Below are positions 10,176 to 20,270 of a stretch of DNA of 64,000 nucleotides, piece by piece (position 1 is the first letter of the stretch; each line of letters opens with the position of its first letter). The notes beneath the pieces are model-generated. The model saw only the letters and a list, made by a program, of their open reading frames with translations, was not told where the DNA came from and did no database searches. The stretch lies in contig MPNM01000003.1 of the NCBI GenBank assembly GCA_002239025.1, forward strand, positions 39,959 to 103,958, read 5' to 3'. Source of the stretch: Chloroflexi bacterium bin125 (GTDB taxonomy: Bacteria; Chloroflexota; Dehalococcoidia; Bin125). A program made the position numbers and the translations under genes.

Positions 10176-12584
10176 ATGGCCCCACCTTTGACTGACACTC
10201 GTGTGCTTGACCTGTCTTCGGGAGCAGTCGGTGGGATTGCGACGATGGTCCTGGCCGACTTTGGCGCTGAGGTCGTGAAAGTCGAGCCGGTTGGCGGAGA
10301 TCCCTGGCGCTCGCTGGCGGCGGCTCCGATGTGGCTGCGCGGGAAGCGATCGGTGGAACTAGATGTGGTCGCGGACCGTGGGCGGCTGGACGACTTGATT
10401 CGTGAGGCCGATGTGGTCGTTTCGACCGATTCTCCGGCCCAGGCCCAGGCTCGGAAGCTGGAGTACTCGGACATCCGGGCGTTGAACGAGTCGGCGGTGT
10501 TCTGCTCGATTACGGGCTTCGGATCGACTGGTCCCTACGCCGAGTATCCGGCCTATGAAGGCGTTGTCTCGGCCAAGTCGGGACGGATGATGTCATTCGC
10601 CGGCCAGCGTCTGCGCGAGGGGCCGGGGTTTGCAGCGGTGCCGGTGGGATCGCATGGGGCCTCGCAGGGCGCGGTACAGGGAATCCTGGCAGCGCTGATC
10701 GAGCGGCAGCGTTGCGGTCGTGGGCAGATCGTCGAAACGTCCTTGCTCCAGGGCCTGATGCCGTTCGACTTGCTCCTCCTGCTCCTCACTCAGCTTTCCG
10801 AGCGCGAGCCCGAGGTCTATCCGCAACTCTTCAGCATCGGCGGTGGCATGCCGACGCTCAACTATCACCCCGTGATGACGCGCGACGGCGGCTGGATTCA
10901 GCTCGGCAACCTGCTCGAGCACCTCTTCTACGCCTTCATGGACGCCGCGGATCTCACGTTGCTGTTCGCCGAAGAGCAGTGGCAGGGCGGCCAGGCCGAG
11001 TGGACACCGGAGGCGACAGAGGAAATGCGAGACCGCATCCTCGAGCGAATGCAGGAGAAGACCACCGACGAGTGGATGGAGATCTTCCGCGCGCAGGGCA
11101 ACGTCGCCGCCGAGCCATTCACGCCGACCCACGACGCGGTCGGAAACCTCGACATGGCGGCCAACGGCGACACCGTCACGATTGAGGATCCGGGGCTGGG
11201 ACCGGTCAAGCAGATCGGCCCGATCGCGCATCTGCGTGAGACGCCAGCAGACGTCTCGCGACCGGCGCCGGCAGTCGGAGAGGCCAACGGCTTCTCCTGG
11301 ACGTCCCGGAATGGCGATGTTCCGATGAACACGACCCCGAACGGCGCTTCACCCTCGGGCAAGCCGCTGGACGGATTCACCGTACTGGAGTTTGCCACGA
11401 TCATCGCCACGCCAATCGGCGTCTCGATGCTGGCCGACCTTGGCGCGCGGGTGATCAAAGTAGAGCCCATCGGCGGCGATCCATTCCGCGGCATGGGCGG
11501 CGGTCCGCTGCGAGGCTTGCTCGCTTCGAAGACAAACGCGGCCAAGGAATCGATCTGCATCGACCTCAAGTCCGCCGAAGGACAGGCGATCGTCGCCGAG
11601 CTGATCGTCAACGCCGACGCAATCGTGCACAACTACCGGCCCGGCGTCCCTGACCGCCTGGGTATCGGCTATGAAACGGCCAAGGCCATCAAGCCGGACA
11701 TCGTATGGGTGTCGGCCAATGGCTATGGTCCCGACTCGCCAGGCGCACGCCGACCCTCAGCGCACCCGATTCCCGGCGCAGTCATCGGAGGAGCGCTGTT
11801 CCAGGCGGGATCGGCGATGCCGCCGCAGGGCTGCGAGACGATTGAAGAAATCCGCGAGGCGTCGCGTCAGTTGATGCGCGCCAATGAAGCGAATCCCGAC
11901 CCCAACACAGGCGTGCTCGTCGCATCGGCGACGCTGCTCGGTTTGTACGCGCAGCGGCGCTACGGGATCGGGCAAGAAATCTACGTCAATATGTTGACGG
12001 CCAATGCCTATGCAAACAGCGACGACTTCCTTCAGTACGAGGGCAAGACGCCGCGTCGGCAGGTCGACGGCGAGCTCTACGGGACCGCGCCGTGGTATCG
12101 GCTGTACGAGGCCTCGGAGGGCTGGGTGTTCTTCGCGGCGCTGACCGACGACGAGTGGTCGGCATTCTGTCAAGAAGCAGCTCCGCAGCTGGTGGATGCT
12201 CGAGTGCAGGACGAAGACACTCTCGCTTCTGCGCTCGGTGAAGTATTCGAGCAGGCTCCGGCCGAGGAATGGGAACGACGGCTCACGGCCGTCGGTGTCG
12301 GCTGCGTCCAGGCCGACTCGGGCAACTGCGGTGAGTTCTTCTCCAAAGACGAACACGTCCTTGTGAACGGCTTCAGTCCGGTCGCCAATCACCGGAGAAT
12401 GGGTGACGTGCGTCGTTGGGGTCCGCTGACCAAGATGGCCGGTGGTCGCGACGACTACGGTCCGGGAGTGCTGGCCGGCCAGGAGACGGACGAAATCCTG
12501 GCCGAAGTCGGTCGGTCGTCCGAGGACATCGAGCGTCTGCGCTCGGAAGGCGTGGTCTGGTCGGAGCCAGTTGAACTGGCGTGA
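10176..12584 (+). CDS. Double-domain CaiB/BaiF class III CoA transferase
   Basis: Two LADxGAxVxKVEP.GGDP repeats. Confidence 0.92.
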   Translation: MAPPLTDTRVLDLSSGAVGGIATMVLADFGAEVVKVEPVGGDPWRSLAAAPMWLRGKRSVELDVVADRGRLDDLIREADVVVSTDSPAQAQARKLEYSDIRALNESAVFCSITGFGSTGPYAEYPAYEGVVSAKSGRMMSFAGQRLREGPGFAAVPVGSHGASQGAVQGILAALIERQRCGRGQIVETSLLQGLMPFDLLLLLLTQLSEREPEVYPQLFSIGGGMPTLNYHPVMTRDGGWIQLGNLLEHLFYAFMDAADLTLLFAEEQWQGGQAEWTPEATEEMRDRILERMQEKTTDEWMEIFRAQGNVAAEPFTPTHDAVGNLDMAANGDTVTIEDPGLGPVKQIGPIAHLRETPADVSRPAPAVGEANGFSWTSRNGDVPMNTTPNGASPSGKPLDGFTVLEFATIIATPIGVSMLADLGARVIKVEPIGGDPFRGMGGGPLRGLLASKTNAAKESICIDLKSAEGQAIVAELIVNADAIVHNYRPGVPDRLGIGYETAKAIKPDIVWVSANGYGPDSPGARRPSAHPIPGAVIGGALFQAGSAMPPQGCETIEEIREASRQLMRANEANPDPNTGVLVASATLLGLYAQRRYGIGQEIYVNMLTANAYANSDDFLQYEGKTPRRQVDGELYGTAPWYRLYEASEGWVFFAALTDDEWSAFCQEAAPQLVDARVQDEDTLASALGEVFEQAPAEEWERRLTAVGVGCVQADSGNCGEFFSKDEHVLVNGFSPVANHRRMGDVRRWGPLTKMAGGRDDYGPGVLAGQETDEILAEVGRSSEDIERLRSEGVVWSEPVELA

Positions 12585-12787
12585 ACGATCGCGAATTCTT
12601 AAGGCGCGCGAGACGGTACGCTCGCAGAAAGCGGCTGTCCTTCGCTTTCGATCCTGAACGTGGGAAAGGCAGTCATGGCCTTGTAACTGTCGGGCCGAAC
12701 AGAACGGTGATGCCCCGAGGCGAGATTGCGCAAGGTACCTTGGTTTCAATGATGAAGGATCTGGAGATTGACAGAGGGGACTTCTAA
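12581..12787 (+). CDS. hicA: HicA-family toxin
   Basis: 68 aa basic protein with GKGSH motif; GTGA overlap with upstream gene. Confidence 0.85.
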   Translation: MNDREFLRRARRYARRKRLSFAFDPERGKGSHGLVTVGPNRTVMPRGEIAQGTLVSMMKDLEIDRGDF

Positions 12788-12790
12788 GTC

Positions 12791-13279
12791 ATGCGCTATG
12801 CGTACCCGTGCTCAATAGAGCGAGACGTCGAAGAGTTGCAGAAGACTGGACGCGAAGCGTATGTGATTTCGTTCCGAGACATTCGCGGGGCTAACTCGTG
12901 TGGTTGGTCTTGGCCGGAAGCGCTGGAGATGGCTGAGGACTGCTTAGACGTGGCGCTCTCCTGGTTCATGGACGACAACATCGATCCCCCTTCTCCGAGC
13001 CCGCTTCAATTGGGCGAGGTCATGGTGGCGGCGAGCCCGATCATGGCTGGCAAGTTGGCAATCTGCTCTGCAATGCGCGAACAAGGAATGACGCCCAGCG
13101 AGTTGGCCGAGCGCATGGATATGGGTGACGAGAAGGTGCGCCGTCTGCTCGATCCCCGATACCGCACCCATATGACCACAGTGCAACGCGCGTTGGCAGT
13201 CGTCGGACGATCGCTTGTCATAGAAGACTGCGCAGTTGCTTCGCCCCCCGCGTCGATCGCTGTTGGGTCGCGTTCCTGA
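12791..13279 (+). CDS. hicB: HicB-family antitoxin with C-terminal HTH
   Basis: Y.ISFRDI.GANSCG...EALEMAEDCL; C-terminal Xre-like HTH; directly after hicA. Confidence 0.85.
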   Translation: MRYAYPCSIERDVEELQKTGREAYVISFRDIRGANSCGWSWPEALEMAEDCLDVALSWFMDDNIDPPSPSPLQLGEVMVAASPIMAGKLAICSAMREQGMTPSELAERMDMGDEKVRRLLDPRYRTHMTTVQRALAVVGRSLVIEDCAVASPPASIAVGSRS

Positions 13280-13330
13280 GCTGAAGACGGACTATCGCCC
13301 AAGCACACGTACACTGCTCCTGTCGATGAA

Positions 13331-14542
13331 ATGGAGCGGATCATGGGACTCAGGGGCGAAGCGGCGATTGTCGGGATTGCAGAGTGGAAGCCGGAGCGGC
13401 GGCCTACGGCTCCGCCGATGTTCACCCTCGAGCAGTGGGCCGAGCTGACCCGCGAGGCCCTGGACGATGCTGGGATTGACCCCTCAGAGGTTGACGGCAT
13501 CTGTTGCACCAACATCCGCGAGTCGGACTCGTTCGTGCCTTCGACGATCACCGAATATCTCGGCCTTCAGGTCAACTTCGCCGAGGTCGTCGACCTGGGT
13601 GGCGCATCCTGTGCTGCGATGGTCTGGCGGGCAGCGGCGGCGATCGAGCTGGGTCTCTGCAATGTGGTGGTGATCGCCGCGCCGTCGTGGCCCTCACCCA
13701 GACCGCCGAACCCTCCGAGTGGACCGAGCAGCTGGCGCTACGGCGCGTCCTCGGCCAACTATGGGTCGCCGCAGGCCGAATTCGACATTCCCTACGGCAA
13801 TGTCGCCCAGAACTGTGGCTACGCGCAGATCGCGATGAAGTACGGCGCTGAGTACGGTTACGATGCTGAGGCGTTGGCCAAGATTGCCGTGGACCAGCGG
13901 GTGTCTGCCAATCACAATCCGGCGGCCGTGTTCCACAACGTGCCGATCACGGTCGAGGACGTACTCAACTCGCCCGTGATATCCGACCCGATCCACATGC
14001 TCGAGATTGTCATGCCCTGCGTCGGAGGCGCAGCCATTGTCGTGGCCGGCAAGGATGTGGCCCGGCGCTCAAAGCATCGACCGGCATGGATTTCCGGCTT
14101 CGGTGAACGGGTACTGCACAAGACGCCGACCTATGCCGAAGATCTGCTCTCGACGGCATTGATTCCCGCTGCCGACCAGGCCTTTGCCATAGCCGGCCGG
14201 AGCCGTGAGGAAGTAGACCTGATCTCCGTCTACGACTGTTACACAATCACCGTACTGATGACGATTGAGGACGCTGGATTCTGTCCACGCGGCGAGGGTC
14301 AACCCTTCGTGCGCGAGCATGATCTGTCGTTCAAGGGCGACTTCCCCTGCAACACGCACGGCGGACAGCTCGGCTTCGGTCAGGCAGGACTCGCGGGTGG
14401 GATGTCGCACATCACCGAAGGCGCGCGCCAGGTGATGCGCCGCGGCGAAGACCACCAGGTGCCCGACGCCGACGTCGCCTTCATCACCGGCAACGGCGGA
14501 TTGATGTCCGAGCAGGTCGCGTTGATCCTGGAGGGCGACTAG
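13331..14542 (+). CDS. SCP-x/Ltp2-like thiolase-family protein
   Basis: AAIVGIAE, GGAS, YDCYT, NTHGGQLG. Confidence 0.9.
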   Translation: MERIMGLRGEAAIVGIAEWKPERRPTAPPMFTLEQWAELTREALDDAGIDPSEVDGICCTNIRESDSFVPSTITEYLGLQVNFAEVVDLGGASCAAMVWRAAAAIELGLCNVVVIAAPSWPSPRPPNPPSGPSSWRYGASSANYGSPQAEFDIPYGNVAQNCGYAQIAMKYGAEYGYDAEALAKIAVDQRVSANHNPAAVFHNVPITVEDVLNSPVISDPIHMLEIVMPCVGGAAIVVAGKDVARRSKHRPAWISGFGERVLHKTPTYAEDLLSTALIPAADQAFAIAGRSREEVDLISVYDCYTITVLMTIEDAGFCPRGEGQPFVREHDLSFKGDFPCNTHGGQLGFGQAGLAGGMSHITEGARQVMRRGEDHQVPDADVAFITGNGGLMSEQVALILEGD

Positions 14543-14961
14543 TGGCAACCGACGAGCTCCGGCCCCCATTGCCAACACCGATTGACCGGACGCAGCCATT
14601 TTGGAATGCGCTGCGCGAGCACACAGTCAAGATCCAGTACTCGCCGTCAAGCGACCAGTGGGTGTTCTATCCGCGATCACACGCACCGTTGACGCTGCAA
14701 ACCGATCTCGAATGGCGCGAGATCTCGGGAGAGGGCACGCTCTACACCTACACCATCGCCCGCCGACCAACCGCCCCCGACTTTGCCGGCGAGCAACCGC
14801 AGATCATCGCCGTGGTCGAATTGGACGAAGGCCCGCGGCTGACCTCGACGTTGGTCAATGTGGCGGAAGACCAGATCAGTGTCGGTATGCGGGTCCGGCC
14901 CTGGTTCGAGGATGTCCCCGGCACGGAGACGACATTGCTCCGATATGAACCGGCTACATAG
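14542..14961 (+). CDS. DUF35 OB-fold (ChsH2-like) acyl-CoA-binding partner
   Basis: FYPR, GTLYTYT, AVVELDEGPRL, VGMRV; 1-nt overlap with thiolase. Confidence 0.9.
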   Translation: MATDELRPPLPTPIDRTQPFWNALREHTVKIQYSPSSDQWVFYPRSHAPLTLQTDLEWREISGEGTLYTYTIARRPTAPDFAGEQPQIIAVVELDEGPRLTSTLVNVAEDQISVGMRVRPWFEDVPGTETTLLRYEPAT

Positions 14962-16333
14962 GTTCGTAGCACTTGTTGGTTGTGTAACAATCCTCGCCGC
15001 AGGATTGCTGGCAGCATCCTGCGGTGGCGAAGAGCAAGCGAGTCCGGATTCATCCGCCGCCGAACAGTCGCAGGACTCTTCGTCCCGACAGGAAAACTCG
15101 CAGGTACAGCAGTCAAGTCCGCAAAAGCAGAGCAAGGGCGAACAACAAGAACAGCAAACGGTCCAGTCAACTCAAACGCAAGCCCAACGGCAGCAACAGG
15201 AACGCAGCGCCGAAGACAGGTCCGATTCCTCCGACGATGACCAAGAGCCAGAACAACGAGGAACAGATACTCAGTTCAGCCAAGTCAATCTGACCGCCGT
15301 CCCGATCCTGAATGCCTATCAGTTCAGCCAGCCGATTGAGATGCTGCCTCTGCCGGATGGTTCGCTACTGGTCGCCGAGCAGCGCGGATACATCACGCGA
15401 TTCGTCGAGGAAGACGGAGAGATCGAACAGTTCGGCATCCTCGATCTGACCGAATCAATCCGCTTCGGCGGCGAAGAAGGTCTGCTCAGTATGGCGCTGC
15501 ATCCGAACTTGGAGAACGAGCCATATCTGTACGTCTACTACTCACCCGCCGATGCCCGCGTCACGCGACTGTCGCGCTTCCGCCTCGTGCTTGGTTCGGC
15601 GTTGATGGCCTCGGAATTGGTGATCATCGAGGTCCCGCAACCCTATTCCAACCACAACGGTGGTGCAGTCCGGTTTGGGTCGGACGGCATGCTCTACCTC
15701 GGCTATGGCGACGGCGGAGCTGCGAACGATCCGCAAGACCATGGTCAAAACCGTGAGACCCTGCTGGGCACGATCATCCGCATCGATGTCAACAACATCG
15801 ACACGACAACGGCCTATCGAATCCCGCCCGATAACCCATTCCTGGGCGTCGCAGGTGTGCGCCCAGAGATCTGGGCGTATGGACTGCGCAACCCATGGCG
15901 CATGGCCTTTGACAGCGAGACCGGTGATCTCTGGGTAGGCGACGTAGGACAAAATCGAGTCGAAGAAGTTGCCGTTGTCGCCGCCGGTGAGAATCACGGT
16001 TGGAACGTGTTCGAGGGCGACGAGTGTTTCCGCTCTGAGGAAGAGTGTGAGGCGCTGACCAATGCAGTCGCGCCGGTAGCCACATACACGCACGACGACG
16101 GCTGTTCCGTGACCGGCGGCGAGGTATATCGCGGTAACGGCATTCCAGGACTGTCCGGGCATTACGTCTTCGGGGACTACTGCTCCGGCAAGATTTGGAC
16201 GATTGCTCCCGACGGAGTAATGGAAGAACGGCTGGAGTTAGATGACTCGATTGCGTCATTCGCGGTCGACAATGACGGCGAGATCTATGTGCTGGTCTTC
16301 AATGGTCCGATTCTGAAACTGGTCGCTGACTAG
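14945..16333 (+). CDS. PQQ-dependent glucose/sorbosone dehydrogenase-family lipoprotein
   Basis: Lipobox AASC, Q/S-rich linker, NHNGG, GDGG, YGLRNPWR; ATG at 14945. Confidence 0.9.
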   Translation: MNRLHRFVALVGCVTILAAGLLAASCGGEEQASPDSSAAEQSQDSSSRQENSQVQQSSPQKQSKGEQQEQQTVQSTQTQAQRQQQERSAEDRSDSSDDDQEPEQRGTDTQFSQVNLTAVPILNAYQFSQPIEMLPLPDGSLLVAEQRGYITRFVEEDGEIEQFGILDLTESIRFGGEEGLLSMALHPNLENEPYLYVYYSPADARVTRLSRFRLVLGSALMASELVIIEVPQPYSNHNGGAVRFGSDGMLYLGYGDGGAANDPQDHGQNRETLLGTIIRIDVNNIDTTTAYRIPPDNPFLGVAGVRPEIWAYGLRNPWRMAFDSETGDLWVGDVGQNRVEEVAVVAAGENHGWNVFEGDECFRSEEECEALTNAVAPVATYTHDDGCSVTGGEVYRGNGIPGLSGHYVFGDYCSGKIWTIAPDGVMEERLELDDSIASFAVDNDGEIYVLVFNGPILKLVAD

Positions 16334-16502
16334 GGTCTGTTCACATGGAGCTGCACCACCAACGAAACCCCGTCATACCCGCGCTTGCCGCGGGTATCTC
16401 GCCGCATTCAGCACGACGTTGGTTCGCGACTCGGCGAGATTGCCGCAACAAGCGCGGCAATGACGGAACTCTGGGCCAGCGCTGAGTGATGTGGACAGGC
16501 CT
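16333..16502. mobile_element. MITE with 14-bp imperfect TIRs and TA flanks, carrying a palindromic repeat doublet
   Basis: TA|GGGTCTGTTCACAT ... ATGTGGACAGGCCT|TA (11/14 match). Confidence 0.7.
16371..16465. repeat. GTCATACCCGCG-type palindromic doublet, family B
   Basis: CGTCATACCCGCGCTTGCCGCGGGTATCTCG ... CGAGATTGCCGCAACAAGCGCGGCAATGACG; near-identical copy at 26513. Confidence 0.85.
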
Positions 16503-16534
16503 TACTCTGAGACGACAGGAAACGAGCTCCTCAC

Positions 16535-18043
16535 ATGACAACTTCTCGAGCTTTCGGTAAGACTCCTGCCCCGGACGTTCCCGGCGGGATGACCTGGCTC
16601 AACACCGGGCGTGAAATGTCGATGGCCGACTTTCGCGGTCGACTCTTGATCCTGCACTTCTGGACCTACGCTTGAATCAACTGTCTGCACGTACTTCCGC
16701 AGTTGCGGAAGCTCGAACGACGCTACAGCGACACCCTGCAGATTGTCTCGGTGCACTCGCCCAAGTTCCCGACCGAGCGCGAGACCGAGAACCTGCGACA
16801 GGCGATCCTGCGGTTGCGTATTGAACATCCTGTCCTCAACGACGCCGACTTCAAGTACTGGCAGACCTTCGGCGCGCGCGCCTGGCCGACGCTGTTCTTC
16901 ATCGATCCCAACGGCAATGTGATCGGTCTGCACGAGGGCGAGCTGACCGAGGACATGGCCGTTCCTCTGATCGACGGCTGGTTGGCCGAATACGAGGCAG
17001 AACAGATCCTGTCGCGTCAGCATCTGGGCCTGGAGCGTGAGACCGGTCATGACAGCGCGCTCTCGTTCCCGGGCAAGGTCGCGTGGGACGACGATGCAGG
17101 TCGGCTTGTCATCTCGGATAGCAACAACGACCGGATCATCATCGCCGACATCGACGGCAACGTGTCGCAGGTGGTTGGCGGTTCGCAAGCCGGCTTTACC
17201 GATGGCTCGGCAGCGGAGGCGACCTTCAATCAGCCGCAGGGCGTTGAGAGCTATGGCGACTACGTATTCGTTGCTGACAATGAGAATCATGCGATTCGCC
17301 GCATCGACGTGCGCGACGGCAGCGTGATCACGATCGCCGGAACCGCCGAACAGGCGCGGATGCTGCCCTCGGGCGAGCCTGCGCGCCGGACGGCGTTGAG
17401 CTCACCCTGGGATGTCGCGGTCCACGACGGGGATCTCTACGTCGCGATGGCCGGTATCCACCAGATTTGGCGCATGCCGCTGGGTGACGACGCCGGCAGC
17501 GACTCGTACATCGGCCCCTGGGGCGGTTCAGGGCGCGAGGGAATCGTCGATGGTCCACGAATGCAATCCGAGTTAGCTCAGGTCTCCGGACTCGCGCCTG
17601 GTCCCAGCGGCGTGGCGTTCGCGGACTCAGAATCGAGCGGGGTGCGAGAGATCAGTTGGGACCCCGACGGCCGCACGACGACATTCATCGGCAAGACCGG
17701 CGAGGGCGGACTGTTCCACTTCGGCGATGCCGATGGTGGTCGCTCAGTCGCTCGGCTGCAGCATCCGCTGGACGTGGCCAGGGTCGGAGACGAGTTATAC
17801 GTCGCCGACACCTTCAACCACAAGATCAAGCAGGTGTTCGCGCTAACCGAAAACGTCAACACGCTGGTCGGCGGTCATGGTGACGCACTGGGCAACTTCA
17901 GCGAGCTTCAGCTAGATGAACCCGGCGGACTGACCAACGGTCCCGGACGCTCACTGTTGGTAGCCGACACAAACAATCACCGGATCGTCCATCTGGATCT
18001 GGAGTCGCGTTTGGGTCGGGAGATCGTGCTGAAGCTGCCCTGA
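16535..18043 (+). CDS. Thioredoxin-like + NHL-repeat selenoprotein (NHLRC2/SOQ1-like), Sec at codon 47
   Basis: Continuous frame from ATG 16535: WLNT...HFWTYA-TGA(16673-16675)-INC...VHSPKF...WPT, then NHL repeats. Confidence 0.88.
16694..16711 (+). promoter_or_regulatory. Candidate bacterial SECIS hairpin
   Basis: CTTCCGC-AGTT-GCGGAAG; loop begins 25 nt after the UGA and has G at loop position 2. Confidence 0.7.
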
Positions 18044-18103
18044 CACACCGCTCGAGTCCCCGTGTAATGCGGGAACCCGCTCGACGGGAACGCAGGCGTT
18101 GAT

Positions 18104-18180
18104 GTAGGTGCGACCCTTGTGGTCGCCCGTCGCTGGTGCGATGCAGGCAACACCAGATCAGCCACAAGGGCTGCCCCTAC
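18104..18180. repeat. GTAG-type REP doublet (REPIN-like)
   Basis: GTAGGTGCGACCCTTGTGGTCGCCC ... GCCACAAGGGCTGCCCCTAC between convergent genes. Confidence 0.8.
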
Positions 18181-18186
18181 ACGCGA

Positions 18187-19413
18187 TCAGACGATGATGT
18201 CGCCCTGTTTCATCACGAACACCGGTTGGTTAAGGTCACGGATGTTGGTGGCTGGATCGCCGGTGAATGCAGCAAGATCAGCGTCGAAACCTGACTGGAT
18301 TCTGCCGACCTGATCGCCCACACCGATCGCGTCGGCGGTGTCGCAGGTCATGATTCTGAGCGCCTGCCAGGGAGTCATGCCGATGTCCTCGACGAAGGCC
18401 CAGGCCTCAGCCGGAGCTCGATCAAAGTCGGCGTAGGCCATGCCCATGTCGAGTCCCGAGGTGAAGCGCGCCCCTCGTTCTCGCATATCTCGCACGATTT
18501 CCAGTCCCTGTTCGCGTGGAGACGGACCTTGCAGGTTGGGATTGCGCCGAGGAGCCGCGTCACCGCGCTGACGCGCTTCACCGGCGAGTAGTCCTAACCC
18601 GATCGTGGGATTAACCCAGATCCCCTCGTCGGCGATGCGCTGGGCCAGATCCGGCTCGTACTTGAACCCCTCTTCCGGATTCGCGGATAGCCAGCGGCAG
18701 TGGATCAGGTGCCGGACGCCGCCCTCGACCGCTGCCCTGATGCCCTCGGCTGCGTGCGTATGAGCAGCCACCTCAATCCCGCCCGACTTGCCAGCTTCGA
18801 CGATCTCGCGAATGGTCTCAGGCGGATACTGGCGGTCTCGGGGATTGGAAGTCGGAGTGAAGTTACCACCAGAGGCCATCACCTTGAGCACATCCGCTCC
18901 CTGATCGACGTGCGCTTGCGCCATCGCCCGGACGGATTCCGGGCTATCCGCCTCACCTCCCCAGAACCAGCAATGATCCATTGTCCGAGTGATTGGCGCG
19001 CCCGAGGCGAGCAGTCGTGGTCCGGGGATGACGCCCGAGGCGATGGCATCGCGGACGGCAAACACCACTTCATTCTTGGAACCGAGGTCGCGCATCGTCG
19101 TGATCCCGCTGCGCAGCGCGAGCCCAACTGCATGTGCGGCTCGCATCAGCGCAGGCTCGTTGGGCTCCTGCGAGATGATGTCAAAGGCATCGACCCGCGG
19201 CGGGCAGGGGATATGCGTATGCCCCTCGACCAGTCCAGGCAAAAGCGAGACATCGCCAAGGTCAACGATTTCTTGGTCCGCTGCGTCGGAGGCCGGCAGC
19301 ACATCGATGATTTTGCCGTTGGCGACAGCCACTGCGTGGTCGGGAAGCCAGGCGTCCACCGTCGCGTTGGCGACACGGTCAGCGCGATAGAAGCGACGCT
19401 CGGATTCCGCCAT
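18187..19413 (-). CDS. Amidohydrolase family protein (Xaa-Pro dipeptidase/imidazolonepropionase-like)
   Basis: PGLVEGHTH, GITTMRDLG, AAHTH, ADL; start moved to ATG 19413. Confidence 0.9.
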   Translation of the reverse strand: MAESERRFYRADRVANATVDAWLPDHAVAVANGKIIDVLPASDAADQEIVDLGDVSLLPGLVEGHTHIPCPPRVDAFDIISQEPNEPALMRAAHAVGLALRSGITTMRDLGSKNEVVFAVRDAIASGVIPGPRLLASGAPITRTMDHCWFWGGEADSPESVRAMAQAHVDQGADVLKVMASGGNFTPTSNPRDRQYPPETIREIVEAGKSGGIEVAAHTHAAEGIRAAVEGGVRHLIHCRWLSANPEEGFKYEPDLAQRIADEGIWVNPTIGLGLLAGEARQRGDAAPRRNPNLQGPSPREQGLEIVRDMRERGARFTSGLDMGMAYADFDRAPAEAWAFVEDIGMTPWQALRIMTCDTADAIGVGDQVGRIQSGFDADLAAFTGDPATNIRDLNQPVFVMKQGDIIV

Positions 19414-19429
19414 CAACGTGCGCCTCTCA

Positions 19430-20197
19430 CTACTGGGCTTGCCAGGTTGGTGAACGCTTCTCGCGAAATGCCTGTGGACCTTCCTTCGCATCGTCGGTGA
19501 CACGGGCAACGCGGCGCATCGTCTCACCAAATCGGATCGCTTGCACGAAGGGCAACTCCTGACCTCGGTGCGCGACTTCCTTTGTCGCCCGCACGGCGAG
19601 CGGTGCACCCTTGCACAATCGCTGGGCCAGATTGTTGGCAGCCTGCATCAGGTCGTCGTGGGGCACGATTTCCCAGACCAGACCCATCTCCTTGGCCCGC
19701 CAGGCATCCACCCGGTCGCCGATCAGCAGCAACTCCATCGCGTAGTGCCAGGCAACGCGCTTGGGCATCCGAATCGAGCCCTGAATCGTCGGCACGCCGA
19801 TCTGCACTTCGGGGAATCCAAACTGTGCGCGGTCTGAGGCGATGACAAAATCACAGGCCGCCACGAGCGTCAGGCCGAAACCAAGCGCGAAGCCGTTGAC
19901 AGCGGCGATCGTCGGTTTCCAGATCTCCATGCCCGACTCCAACGAGGTCAGCGAAGGCACCTCCCAGAAGGTGTGTTCCTCGGGCGGAGCGGGCGAACGC
20001 AGATCGGCGCCGGCCGAGAACGCGCGTCCTGAGCCGGTGACGATGCCGACCCAGGCGTCATCGTCATTGCGGAATTCTTCCCAGGCGGCGTTGAGGTCGG
20101 AGCGCAACTCGTGGTTGATCGCATTCAACGCCTCAGGCCGGTTGTAGGTAATCGTGGCAATCCGGCCACTGCGTTCATAGGTAACGGTGTCGCCCAT
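19430..20197 (-). CDS. Enoyl-CoA hydratase/isomerase
   Basis: NRPEALNA, FSAGADL, KPTIAAVNG, FGFPEV. Confidence 0.95.
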   Translation of the reverse strand: MGDTVTYERSGRIATITYNRPEALNAINHELRSDLNAAWEEFRNDDDAWVGIVTGSGRAFSAGADLRSPAPPEEHTFWEVPSLTSLESGMEIWKPTIAAVNGFALGFGLTLVAACDFVIASDRAQFGFPEVQIGVPTIQGSIRMPKRVAWHYAMELLLIGDRVDAWRAKEMGLVWEIVPHDDLMQAANNLAQRLCKGAPLAVRATKEVAHRGQELPFVQAIRFGETMRRVARVTDDAKEGPQAFREKRSPTWQAQ

Positions 20198-20270
20198 TGG
20201 TGCCTCCTGGATTCATCGGCTGTGCAAGTCCGCTCCAGCCTATCTGCCGTGATCGTTAGGTCGTGTTCGC

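Noticed and set aside
16535-16675. Pseudogene interpretation of the in-frame TGA
   Set aside because: The stop falls exactly on the redox Cys position, is followed by a SECIS-like hairpin, and the rest of the gene is intact
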